A DNA stretch of 64,000 bases from Vicugna vicugna (lineage: Eukaryota), in assembly GCA_013265495.1 (NCBI GenBank), contig MU058584.1:1648616-1712615 (forward strand). The letters run 5' to 3'. The first letter of the stretch is position 1. The number at the start of each line of letters is the position of its first letter. The position numbers were made by a program, and so were the translations under genes. Positions 48,201 to 60,170 of this stretch are shown in pieces. The notes beneath the pieces were generated by a model. It searched no databases. It was not told where the DNA came from and worked only from the letters and a program-made list of their open reading frames with translations.

Positions 48201-51200
48201 TGTTTCTTTGTTTGTTTGTTTGTTTTAGTTGACGACCAAATTGACTGAGGTCAATTTATAACACTCCATCTCTCACACGCCTCATGTTACCAATAAATCC
48301 TCCACCAAGCACTGTGAACTAGGGGCCGTTTTGTTCACATCTGTATCTTTAGCATTTAGAACTGACTCTGGCTTCTAGTAAGATCTCAGTAAATGCTTGC
48401 TTTTAAGTAAACACTTAACGTTCATGCAAAATACAATTGAACGCTTATGTACTGTTTTATTTTCATGAATTTTAAGGATTTTCCTGAATCACTAAAAAAG
48501 CAAATTTCTAAAATTGTTATTCTATGAGTGTACCAAGCACCCCTAAGGTAGTCCTTAGAAACTCTTAGCCTCTGAAGCAAGCACCTGAAACTCAAAGTAG
48601 AAGAGAAATATTTCCCAGATTAACCTACAGTTCGCAAGGCTTCTCCCCTCCCTGCCATGCTCAAAGAAAGTAATGTTAATGTCATTCATTTGCACCCCTC
48701 CCACTATACGTGTGCCCCTTGGGTCCACTGGAGCGAGGAGGAGGAGGACTCTGCCGGTCCATGTACCTTTTAATGGCTGTTCACCTAGCTACACAAAGGC
48801 CCCACTGAAGATTTGAAATTGCTTCTTGTAAGGGCCTGATTATTTTCTTGGACGAGAACTTTGCATAGGTTGTAGGAGAAATGGGAGAAATAGAGGCATC
48901 GCTTTTCCCCTCTTTTATTTTAAAAGGAGGCTACTGACCTCTCTCTCAGGTCCCCTCTAGTTCTCACTCCCAAACAGCAAAATGGTCCAGTGCTTAGAAA
49001 CTTTACCCAGTCAAATCCTGTGATGTACAAATTGGAAATGAATGTGGAATTCAAAAGAAAACCTTAGGGTGATTCCATCACCTCCCATCCCCACTGCATC
49101 TCCCCATCCCAAAACTTGGGAGTGGGGTGGGGAGAATAGGCACAGGAGAAGTGGGTAGTTTGGGAAGGGAATTAAAGTACCTGTGTGGTCCTTGGCAGGT
49201 CTAAGGACACCAGGCAAACAGAAGAAAAAAGCAACAGATGAAGAAAGCAGGGTGTGGAGCAGTGGGGGAAAAGGGGACACACATAAAAATGGGAAAGTAA
49301 GTATTTGAGCTAGAAGAGAACCAGGAATGAAAAAGAGAAACCTAGGTTGTCTTTGGAACTGTAATTCTGCTGTCCAAACTCTGAGCAGGTTTTAAAAACT
49401 GAAAACCCTCCACTTTCATTTTCTCCTCCCCTTCCTCCTCTTTCTGATTTCTCTACTTCTCTTTCCTTTTTTTTTTTTTTTTTGGCCAAAGTCCAAAATG
49501 GTGATTAGGCATCAGTGTGGAGAGGCAGAACTCTTAAATTCTTGTGGTTCACAATTCCAAGCTTGATTTTTTCAAAAATACAGAATGTGTGGTTAGAATT
49601 CATGCCATTCAGAGAATTAGGTCCTATCGTGCAAGCAGAATCACTGAATAAAGGATATGTCTCTCAGTGCTGAGTGTCATCTATCCCTGCCTCTCTAGCC
49701 AACTCAACACAGATCTGCCTAGTTTTCTCTACCCCCAGAGTTGAGTCCTAAATCCTAGGGAGAGAAGTTTATGGGACAGAGACTCAGATGCGACATCCTT
49801 AGTCCTGGTCCCAGCTGCCCACAACCTAGTCTTTTGTGCACGTCACTTGCCTTAAATCATAGTTACTATTCTCTGTCTTTTGTCCATTGAGTTTCCATCT
49901 TAATCTCCCATTTTGGCCATTCTAACAGAGAATATATTACGTAACATGATGATTATATATGGAAGTGACACATATATGAACGGGGGTACCTCTGACAGTA
50001 TTTTATCCAAATCACATATGACAGTGTACACTCAGTGTTGTGAAAACTGTAACACACCGTCCAGATGTTATTACTCATTCGTCTCTCCCTCTTCCCCACT
50101 TTTCATCCCCTTGTCCTTTTTGCATAGACACGCAGTAAAGGATGTGAGTTCAATGATTCTATGTAAGCTCCTTTCTAGAAACGCCACTGTAAGTGGTAGT
50201 TATAATGTCAGATTTCAGCAGCTGGCTCTCCAGTGCGGACTTGTTTAACCCAATTGTCATTCAGCTGGTAATCACCTTTCTTTTCCTGGAAAAACCGCCC
50301 GAGTGATGCTGCATCAGCAGTGAGATGGATAATAAAAGAGAGCAACTTGGAGAGGAAGGCAGAGAGAGAGAGAGGCCTTGCACATTAATAGACAATGAAA
50401 GCGAATCTGGCTAACAGCAAGGTTGGCTTTAAGCTGTAGATCCTCTCTCTTCTCCCTCCCGTCCTCCTAACTAAGGGAAAGAGCGTGTCCAGGAGCCTAA
50501 AACCACTTGGTCGAGCAAGATCTTACCTGAGAGATAGGTGAAAATATTCAATAATTAGGTGACAAATTCAGTAAGATTATGAAATGGACTGTTGGTTCTA
50601 AAATAGTGGGATCTTACCTGCTCTACGGAGATTTTCTGAAAAGTGCTCATATTCATTAGAAACTATTAGAAAATTAAATGTTGAAGAATTTGAAGACACA
50701 TCAGGCTTTTCTGAGATCTAAGTGTAAAATGTTGAAATCACAATCTTGTTACTGGCTGAATCCAGCGCATTAAGTCAGTCAAATTCAAATGGCATTAGTT
50801 TCGCCTTCCCTACTCCGTGTTATGTAAGGAAATATTAAATCGACTTTATGGAAGCAAAAAAGATCAGACTTAGGTGTGTTTTAGGAGAGAATTCCTCTTG
50901 AAGACTTAACATTTTATGCTAAACGTCTCAGAGAGTTTTCATCTGTGTCATCAGTCTGCACAAAGACGCAGTCTCTTTAAAAGATTACAGGAGAACTCCG
51001 GCCTTCTTCTACTGTTGCCTAGGAGAATAAAATGTCTTTTTCTCTATAGTACTCAAGTTAAAGGGGTGTCTTTCTTTTATTAGCCAAAGGTCCAAGTTCT
51101 TGTGCTTTTCCATAGCCAATTCAATATTCTCAGTATACCAGGGTCCAGGAAGAGTCATGACTCCTAATGTATGGCTTTTTGGATAAGACCTCAATATCTA

Positions 51201-51334
51201 TACATTTACTAAGAATTTTATATAAGTATTTACATATCTGGTTTCTACAGCTAATATATAAGCACTTCTAGATTGGGAATTTATTGTACACGTTCTGTGT
51301 TTCCCATGGCACTGTATAATACAAGTGCCCTCTA

Positions 51335-51480
51335 TAGATAGAGAGAGAGAAAAAGAGAAAGAGAGATAGATCTCTCTCTCTCTCTAGTATGTATATATAT
51401 ACATATACATATATGAAAGTAAAAATATATGTATACTGAGAGTACATATATATATATATGAGAATATATATATGTGTATA
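51335..51480. repeat. Compound (GA)n-(TC)n-(TA)n microsatellite
   Basis: Direct read. Confidence 0.85.
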
Positions 51481-51530
51481 TTCATTCAAAAGTTCTCGTG
51501 GTCAAAATGTTATCTTTGGACTGTCTACAT

Positions 51531-51749
51531 CAGAGGCCAGCAAGCCACTGGTCCATGGGCCAAATCCAGCCCATCATCTGTTTCTATAAACTCTTACTGG
51601 GACCCCACTTTCCTGTTTGCTCCTGTGGTGTCTGTGACTGCACTCCCTCTATAGCTGCAGGTCTGAGTATTTGTGACAGTGACAGTCTGTCCTGCAAAAC
51701 TCAAATGTTCATTATTTTGTCCTTTACAGAAAAAGTTTGCTGATTCCTG
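51531..51749. mobile_element. MER58A hAT-Charlie MITE
   Basis: 'ccatgggccaaatccagccc...cctttacagaaaaagtttgctgattcctg'; TSD gtctacat / atctatat. Confidence 0.88.
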
Positions 51750-51867
51750 ATCTATATAAATAGTAATGTCATAATACAAAAAGAATTCTTGTTAGTCACA
51801 AGACATCTGGGCCCAACAGAACAGGGTCCACTGAAAAGAGTATAGAGCTGATGAAAAAAGTCTCCAT

Positions 51868-52790
51868 TATTTTATTCATTAATCATCCAAGAATCTTATT
51901 TGGCATCCACTATCTGCCAGTCACCATTTTAGGGCTTGAAACATAGCTGCAAACATAACAAAGTCCCAGCTTTCCTGGAGCTTTCATTTTTGTGATAGAG
52001 TCAGAAAATAAATACGCAAGTAAAGTAATTTCACAGAGTCGTAAGTGCTAAGAAGAAAATAAACAGAGCAATGGCATAGATCAGGGCTGTCCAGGAGAAA
52101 TATGTCATCTGAACTCCGTATGTATTTTTAAGTGTTCTAGTAGCTCCATTTAAAAATTTAAAAAGTGAAATAAATTTTAATATTGTTTTATTTAACCCAG
52201 TGTATGCTAAACATCATCACTTCATCATGCAACGTTAATGAGATAGGATGTATTATTTTTTCACAGTAAGCCTTTGAAAGTCAGAAATTTTTTTGCCTTT
52301 ATATTTGCAGCTCATTTCAACTCAGAGTAACCACATCTCAAGCGCTAAGTAGCCACAATATGACTACGGTGCTGAATAGTGCGTGCCAGTCTAGAGCGTG
52401 ACTAAGAAGTCTCTCTAAGAAGGTGGCATTTGACCTCATACCTGATTCATGAGAAGGCAGCCAGCCAGAAGGACCAGTTGGTGCAAGAGGACTCAGGCAA
52501 AATTAAGGAGCTGGAAGAAGTGGGGTGACTGAAATAACAGAACAAGGAAAGATTAGGAGGAGAGGAGGCAGGGAGGAAGGCAGGAGCTTGACCACCAGGA
52601 GCCCCGGCTGCCCAAGGAGCCTACATTCAGTTCTAAATGGGATGGGAAACCCCTGAGTGGTTTTGAGCAGATTAGTATGACTTGATTGTTCTCTTTTAAA
52701 AGTTACCTCCATTGATGTGTCTCTTCTACAGTGTATCCCGGGACAAGAATGCAAACAGGGGAATGAATTAGAAGGACATTTTGGTAGACT
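51868..52790 (-). mobile_element. L2 3' portion (contains MER33-like insertion)
   Basis: 'ttcattaatcatccaa...cactatctgccag', 'aaggtggcatttgacc', 'gatgggaaacccctgagtggttttgagcag'. Confidence 0.75.
52082..52385. mobile_element. MER33-like hAT-Charlie element
   Basis: 'cagggctgtcca...ttctagtagctccatttaaaa...tttatttaaccca...ccacatctcaagcgctaagtagccaca'. Confidence 0.8.
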
Positions 52791-53039
52791 GGTTATAAAA
52801 AAACAGCAACTTGGATATTTGTGCAATACATTATGGATTTCTGAATTCTCAAATGTACATATCTATAATGTTATTAGCTTATATATGAAGTGGTTAGCAT
52901 CGCGTTTGATGTATAGTTAGTGCTCAATAAATTTTGCATATTATTAATATTATTATTATTATTAAGAAGTTTTAATCTGGAAGACCCGTTTTACACAAAC
53001 TAGAGCAGTACTTTGGCAATCAGGCTTCCTCTACAGTAA

Positions 53040-53500
53040 GGTAATCTTAGATTGCTCGATTTAGGAAAAGACACTTACAATTACTTCAGTTTGGAGGGAT
53101 TTATTGTGAGGTTACACAGAATAGGAAGGACAGGAATCTCAGAGAACGCTAGAAAATCCTCATGGCTGAATTACTCCTTCATCAGCAAGTGTTCTTTGCC
53201 CTCGAATCTGAGTCACTGATGTTCATGAAAGTCACTTTTCCCCCTCTTTGTATTCCTTCTCTTCTCCATCTGAAGAATTTTTCTCTTATTTCCTACTCCA
53301 GATCCTTAGGAGAAAGACTCTACTAGACCTAGATAATCATTGTCATCTTTGTTAGGTTAGCACTTTCCATCCAGGCCAATGAGCAGTCTGTGGGTGTTTG
53401 CCCTTGAGTCATGTGCCCACCCCTGGTCCAATCAACTATGATAGAAGTACAGGAGGATAAAATGCAGTTTTGTGGTGCAGAACATGGCCACTTCTAAAGA
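53040..53500 (-). mobile_element. Old MaLR LTR (MLT1-type)
   Basis: 'gggatttattg' and 'ttgagtcatgtgcccacccctggtccaatcaactatg'. Confidence 0.6.
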
Positions 53501-53579
53501 AGCAAAGGCTTATCGCGGTAAGGACAATGGATAATGCTTTTTCTATTGAAAAGGGGCTTGTGTGTATGGCAGACACTTT

Positions 53580-54298
53580 AATTAATCTGTTCAATGTCTT
53601 GTGTACATTCAAAAGCTATTGCTTACTATGTGCCAGGCACTGCTCTGGGCACTGGAAATACGGTAGTAAACAAAACATGAATAATCCTACCCTCCTGGAA
53701 CATGCAGTCTACAGGGAAGACATAGACAATAAAACAATCAACCAGTAAAATATGTATGTGTGTCAGCTAGTAAAAAGTACTACAGACAGAAACATTGCAA
53801 GAAGAGTCATCAGTAATGTCCTAGGGAAGGAAGAGTGCTTCGACTTTATAGAGGGTGGTCAGAGCAAGCTTGAAAGGGGTGAGGTGTTAATTATGCAGTT
53901 TTCTAAGATAGAGGTAGAGAAAGAGTAATTTTGGCAAAACTGAGCCACCAGTTCAAAGGCTCTGGAATGTCTGAGGATCCACAGGGACACTGGTCTGATT
54001 GGAGCAGAGCAAGGGAGGGACAGAAAAATTGAAAATGAGGTCAGAGAGATAATGGGAGCTAAGACACTTGGGGTCTTATAGGTGACCGTAAAGCCTTTGG
54101 CATCTGCTCAGAAGGAAATGGGAAGCCATTGGAGGGTTTTGTGTGGTGGAGTGCCCTAAACTGACTTCTAATAAAAAAGGGAAAAAATCACTTTGCCATG
54201 AGGAACATAAGATCAGATAAAAAGACAGAAACCGGGAAACCAGTTGAGAGGATATTGCAGTATCAAGGGAACAATTCCAGTGGCTTGAAAGTGGTGAG
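53580..54298 (-). mobile_element. L2 3' portion
   Basis: 'gcttactatgtgccaggcactgctctgggcactgga', 'gaggtcagagag', 'atgggaagccattggagggtttt'. Confidence 0.85.
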
Positions 54299-54303
54299 CA
54301 TGG

Positions 54304-54866
54304 TCAGGCCCACCAGGGAAAGCTCCAGCTTGGAAAGAGCTTGGTCAGCTCCTCTGACAGCTCTCCGGAGTTGGATGAAGCTGGCCTCTCTGCCTCCTTT
54401 GTTTACCTGTAATTGCCCATCTGGACGTGGTCTGTAGCATCATAAACTTCCGCCACCCAAGGAGAATTTGGTAGCACTCCAGACAACTGACTCAACAAAG
54501 CATTGTGGTTCTTGATGACTTATTTCTCAAGCTGGGTATAGAATTGAAGGGAAGTGTATCTGAGGAAGAAGCCAAGCCCTTAGGCGATAATCATGAAAAT
54601 GACCTGGATCATGACGGACCAGTTACTTCAAGGTCAACTACGTGCTATGTCCTTCACTCAGGTCAACCTTGGGATGGGAATCATGGCAATTCCTGTTTGC
54701 TCTCTTCACCTCAGTGAGCCACCCATTTGGCTTCTGGTTGCAGCCATCCTGACAGAGGGCACCTGCCCACCCATGGTGAGTGCAGTCAGATGGAAGGTGC
54801 GTTCCCCACCCAGCTGCCCAAAGCCCATGCCAACCATCTGGAGTCACTAGAGCATGAGTGCTCCAG
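54304..54866 (-). pseudogene. Decayed Ty3/Gypsy Gag-derived (RTL/SIRH/Mart family, DUF4939-like; RTL10/BOP-like) coding remnant
   Basis: Minus-strand translation DPGHFHDYRLR /+1 frameshift at 54577/ LGFFLRYTSLQFYTQLEK*VIKNHNALLSQLSGVLPNSPWVAEVYDATDHVQMGNYR*...PASSNSGELSEELTKLF matches the recalled motif order of the RTL10 and LDOC1 capsid-like domain; stops at 54520-54522 and 54403-54405; similarity judged by eye. Confidence 0.65.
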
Positions 54867-55009
54867 CTGGGGTGGGTGAGGAAGCACCACGGAAAAAAGC
54901 CGGAGAGTTAAGGAATCTGTGCAGTTCAGTAAAGAGAACTGGACTCCGGTATCAGTCAGGAGGGCTGAAATCTCTTCCCCACTCTCTTGCAGAGAATATA
55001 AGAATATAC

Positions 55010-55520
55010 GTAAATTCATTTCAACAAACATATATTAATCATGTGTCAGGAATATACAGAGATGATAAATAACACACATCCTTAACTTTAAGGAAATCAT
55101 TTCTATCAATAGAAATAAACATATCAACGAATAGCTAAAAAATACATCAAATATGATTAAACATGTATGGAAAAAATGTTGTATAGACATAGATAAGGGT
55201 GGGACTAATGCTGGCTAGAGGAAGTAAGTCATGTGTTTCAAAGAAAAAGTCCATTTTATCACTGGGCAAGAGAAAGAAAGACATTCCAAGTTGAATATGC
55301 ATTTACAAGCTTAAGCAGAAAGACATGAAAATGCATGGCATAGTTGGCCAATGATGAATAAAAGATTTTTACCAGAACACATTGTCCAGAACACAGTGAC
55401 TAGAGATTTGGAAAGGTACGTTGTTAACAGGTTGTAAATAGCTACTTTATTGGGTAGGAAACACAAGCCCATAAAACATTTCTTGTTTCTTCTTATCAGG
55501 GGAGTAACATAATGACATAA
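55010..55520 (-). mobile_element. L2 3' portion
   Basis: 'ttcatttcaacaaacatatattaa...tgtgtcagg' terminal motif and a purine-rich body. Confidence 0.65.
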
Positions 55521-57659
55521 TTTAATAAAACAGGTTATAAGCGTCTTCAGAATCTGAACTTGAACTCAACTCTCCTCTGACTCACATCTCTTCACTTTGC
55601 TTTTCCTTCCTTCATTCCCTATCCTACACACCTCTACTGACTTTCCTTTTTACACCTGTCTCCACATTTTCCTATATTTTTCCCAGCACGATAGAGAGAA
55701 TGATACAATGGGCATTAATGAAACTAATGAAATATTGAAAAGGAAAAACTGGAAAATCTCCCTTCTGCGTGTTTGATAAACATGTGGGCATTAAGGTTGC
55801 ACAAACATAGAGAATGACACTAAAATTCCTTTCTGACTTTAGATGCAATCCATAAACCGTGATTTGTTTTCACTTTAACCCAGTCATATGAAAACATTTC
55901 AATTTGCTTGGAAACGAATGCCTCTGGAATGTGCCTCTCCTTCCATGGAGATGTAATCTATATGCACTCACTGCCTTTTGTGGGTTTTTTTTTCCTTCTT
56001 TTCTTAGACAGCTTTTTGGTGAAGAAATTCTGTTGTTGTTTGGGTTATTTCAGTAATTTCTTGATTATCATAAAAACATTGGAGGAAAATTCATCCAGAC
56101 TCCTTTGAATCAGGGAAATACGAGGAATTCTTCTTCAGATGTGGCGTTATGGTATCCTGAGGGGAGTGCCAGACCAAGCCTCAGAGTACCCGGTCCGCTT
56201 TGCGACATTTGACAAGTTGCTTCAGTCTTTCTGATGGTCAATCCTCAATGAAAATGAGAGGTTCAGATTCAATTCCACCTAAGTGCTCTTACGAGTTCAG
56301 AATGCAATGACAACAATCTTCTACAGGGTTCCTCTGCAGAATTTCTAGCTACTGGGTATGCTTCATGGAAACTGCCTGTTGATATGGTATGTTCTAAAGT
56401 CCACCTGCCCGTCTGACTTCCCAAGGCATCGTCCTGTTCGTCCAGATCACAAAGAACCAAGTCTGGCCATAAGAGACTGAAGTAATTTTCGGATCATTTA
56501 CCAGCTCACGTAAACAAATGGTATAAATCAGCAGGCATGAATTCCCATTCATCCAGATCATAGTTTTGAAAAGCTAGGGAAAGAGCAAAAAGGGAGGTGG
56601 GAGACAAAGAAAGGAAGGATAGGTGATAGAGAATTTGAGATCCATAGAGGGATAATCCTGGCTTCGGTATTGAAGTTTGCTTTTTCATAATTCGTCCTAA
56701 TGGCTCACCCAAGCATTGAAAGGTCAGAGATTCTTATCTCTCAGTGAGGTGACACATCCATTTGTCACACTCAGGCTAATGTAAATGTGTTGGGTAACTC
56801 CAAAAGGGGAGGAGGGGAGAGTCTTTATTCTGGCCTCTATATTCTTTTTTTTTCTTCTTCTTCTTTTTTTTTTTTGTTAATAAGTTTTTGTTAAACAGAG
56901 AAAATATATATGTTAATGTTCATCTTGAATTGTAAGTCATTTAAAAGGATTTCTAATGACCACTTTCATACTGAATTATTAGACAGTCAATTAACAGACA
57001 CAGAGCCAATCTCCACCATCGCTGACTGGAGGGAGATGAATTATAGGGCAATTCTCCAGGTAGGCAAGATTCACTGAGTTGTATGAGTCAGAGCAGTTGG
57101 TCTCTCAATACGAAACAGGGACTCGAGTATTACATTCTTCAAATAACTTCTCCTGTATGTTCCTGGGTAGTTTCTTCAGCAGAACTTCATTTTCCCACTT
57201 TGAGTAGTGTCCTGTGTATCCAAGTCATCATAACCCTCGAATTCTAGGGTTTTTAAAACACTGGGGCTCCAATGTTTTTAAAAATCAGTCTGCTTTTTCC
57301 TTAAAAGAGTTTTGAAAGATTTTTATGACCACCCTCAAAATTGTTCAATTGAAACCTTTTCATTGAGTACGAATTATTTTTCTTTTTTCCTTTTCTATAA
57401 ACTTAAAAAGAATCACGTGTGACCTTGCTGATAACTTTCTTAAAGCAACAGAAAAAGAAAAGAGGAACAGAATATATCTATAGAGGTCAGGTGCCTGCCT
57501 GCTTCAATTACGTGAACTCCCTTTGGCAAGATGAGTGTTTATTTCTGTAACCCATTTCCACTCTCCCCTGTTTAAGTAACATAGACACAGCATAAAAATC
57601 ACCCTCTACCACTCACCATAACAATATCTCAGTAATTATACTAATAACACTAATCATAG

Positions 57660-57920
57660 TCACAATAATAAAAATAATAGCTTCCCTACGAAAAATGTTT
57701 TCTATGTACCAGGACTGTTCTAAGGACTTCACAGAGATTAGAACATGCAATTCTTGGAACTCCCCTTTCAAACAGGTGCTATTATCTCAATTTGATAGAG
57801 AGGAAACTGACACCAAGAAAGCTTAAATAATCTTCCGAGATCGCAAAGCCGATCAGCCATAGAGTTGGAAGTGCAATTCAGGTCTCTTTGACTTCAAATC
57901 CTCTGTCCTTTTTATTACAA
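57660..57920 (-). mobile_element. MIR SINE
   Basis: 'ctatgtaccaggactgttctaag...ctattatctcaatttgatagagaggaaactga...caggtctctttgacttcaaa'. Confidence 0.85.
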
Positions 57921-58129
57921 CAGAGGTTTTCAACACTTGGTTTGTGACCTATTCAAGACTCATAAAATACATTTTAAAAATATCAGAGAGTATCACGTGT
58001 AGTAAGAGGCAGCATCGTCTTGCGAAACTTTCATTTTGGTCTTCATATTCATGTGAGCGTGTGTATGTGTGTGTACGGGATATGGTATAAGCTGTATTTC
58101 TCACAGTCAAAATAACTCGAAAGCCTCTG
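57921..58129. mobile_element. MER113-like hAT-Charlie element
   Basis: 'tatcagagagtatcacgtgtagtaag...tgcgaaacttt...gtcaaaataactcgaaagcctctg'. Confidence 0.7.
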
Positions 58130-58839
58130 TATTATGGGTTTCTACATTGTATTAACCCCTTGAGGGTAAGGACTCAATTTTGTCCAATATTGTAGCTCAG
58201 GCTCATTGTTAATATTGAAAAATATTTTTTGCTTATGGCTATTTTATAATCAAAACGTCATGCTATTATTAAATCTGTGGGTAAGGAAGGGCAGGGTTTC
58301 ACCTGAATGGTGAAGTGTTAGTTATGAAATATGTCTTCCAACCAGGAGGTGGAAATGAAAGAGAAGCCCAGGCATCCTGTGGACTGAGGCTTTCTTCCCA
58401 TGGTTTTGACCTTGAAGGAATTCAGGTTTTCCCAGCTGGGCTCCTGGACTGTGGGGAATTCACATGGCTGCGTCCTTCACCTTGGATGTGAGCTTCCGGC
58501 GGGGAAGTGTAGCAGCAAGGGAGGGAAATGTAAAGTGTTGTTGACCATCTGGGGATAGAGCACAAACATCTCAGAACAGTAGCAAAGAAGAAAGGGCTTG
58601 CCAGCCCGAAGAGTAAAGCTCCTGTACTTTATGAACTGGTCTGTATTTCTGTAATTCTTTTATTTGCCAGGTTCTCCGTTATTTTCCATTTCACTTTGTC
58701 CAGTACTGGAAATTTCCAGTATTTTAAATCTTCTCTTAGGAAACAGGGGAAGGGAAGGAAGAAATTGTCTCCATTGTTAGTTTGTTATCAAAATAGCATC
58801 AATTGTTTCTTTTCCTATTTTTTAGCATGGTCTTGGTAA

Positions 58840-59160
58840 GAAATTTAGAAAATGCAGAAAATGTAAAAAAAAAAATTAAAAAGTTACTAGAATTTCCATA
58901 CCCAGAGAACGTTATTGCTAACATGCTGGCATATTGATTTCCAGTTTTATTTTTATCTACTCGTGTGAAAATATTTTTCTGTGATTATGTTCTACATACA
59001 ACTTTGTATCCTGCTTTTTTCTCTTAATTTTGACTTTCAAGTATTTTCTTTTGACTTTAAACAGTCTTTAAAGAACATAATTTTAATTATCTAGCATGTT
59101 ACTGAATAGCTGTATCACAATTTTTTTCAATAAATTCACTTACGTTGAAACATATTGCTT
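58840..59160 (-). mobile_element. Old L1ME 3' fragment
   Basis: 'aaatttagaaaatgcagaaa...cccagaga...ttgtatcctgctttttt'. Confidence 0.6.
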
Positions 59161-59644
59161 TTGACTCTAAGAGAGAGGATTTTGTCAATCTGTATTCATT
59201 TTCACACGTTTCCAGATAGATATCTGATACTGCCTTCTCTCTCCTGAAATCGTCAATGTCTCCCCCCCATCCTCATTCTCAGCAAATGACCTTGCTTTTT
59301 ATTTCATTATTTAAGAAAAGAACCTCCACAAGCTTCCCCACCATGTGTATTTATTTGCTTATTGGCATGTACTTGCCTGTTGCCTGCTAGTGTAGAACTG
59401 TCTTTATTTCTCTTTCAGACTCACAGCTGCTCTTGTGAGCAGTATTCCATCCCTTCTTGCCTACTCAGGGATTTCACTTTGGCAATTCCCTGCTGATCAT
59501 TCCACATTATACACTTTTTTCTCTCTCCCGAATCATCCCTGTTTGCTTAATGACAAACCTGGGCAATATAATTATTTCTATTTTACAGACATGGAAACTG
59601 AGATTGTGACCTCACCTCAACTTTATCACTGTCTCTTTCTCCAC

Positions 59645-60170
59645 TGTATTGGTTAGTTTTTGCTGCGTAATAAGTATTCCCACAATTTAGAGACTTGAAA
59701 CAATATCCACTTATGTAGCTCTTGATTCTGTGGACTGGCTGAGCAGATCTTTTGTCTAGGTCAGCTCAACTGTTTCTGCTGGGCTCACTAAAGCACCTGC
59801 AGTCAGCTGGCAGGCCAGACAGTGGCTGGATGGCCCAAGATGGCTGCACGCATGCGTCTGCCTACTGGCAGGCTATTGCTAAAGGCACCTTGGTTCTTCT
59901 CCTTAACAGTCTCTCACGTTCCAGCAGGCTGGCTTGGGCTTTTTCACAGGATAATAGTCTCAGGCAGGGTTCTGAACACAGCAGAAAGAGCACATACCAA
60001 AACAAAAGGGCTTCTCAAGACTGCTTGTTCACAAGCAGAATGTTAATGTGTCATTGATCAAAATAAGCCATGCTATACAATGTATGCTGCATGGAAATCC
60101 ATAGCTGTAAAATACATAGGTGAAAGGGGGGGAAAGAGACGCTGACACTCATAGATACACAGAATCATTA
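59645..60170 (-). mobile_element. MaLR LTR (MLT1H-like)
   Basis: 'tgtattggttagtttttgctgcgtaa...gattctgtgg...ctgcagtcagctgg...tccagcaggctggcttgggct'; right boundary approximate. Confidence 0.75.

Noticed and set aside
54560..54620. Minus-strand hydrophobic run VMIQVIFMIIA*GLGFFL as a transmembrane-protein pseudogene
   Set aside because: I could not match it to any membrane protein and that frame needs many stops repaired. A single +1 shift gives DPGHF...LGFFL with Gag-like spacing. Not fully excluded without a search.
54505..54850. Plus-strand ORFs 54505-54717 and 54593-54850 as genes
   Set aside because: No recognisable product and non-ATG or weak starts; they are better explained as antisense shadows of the minus-strand Gag-like remnant.
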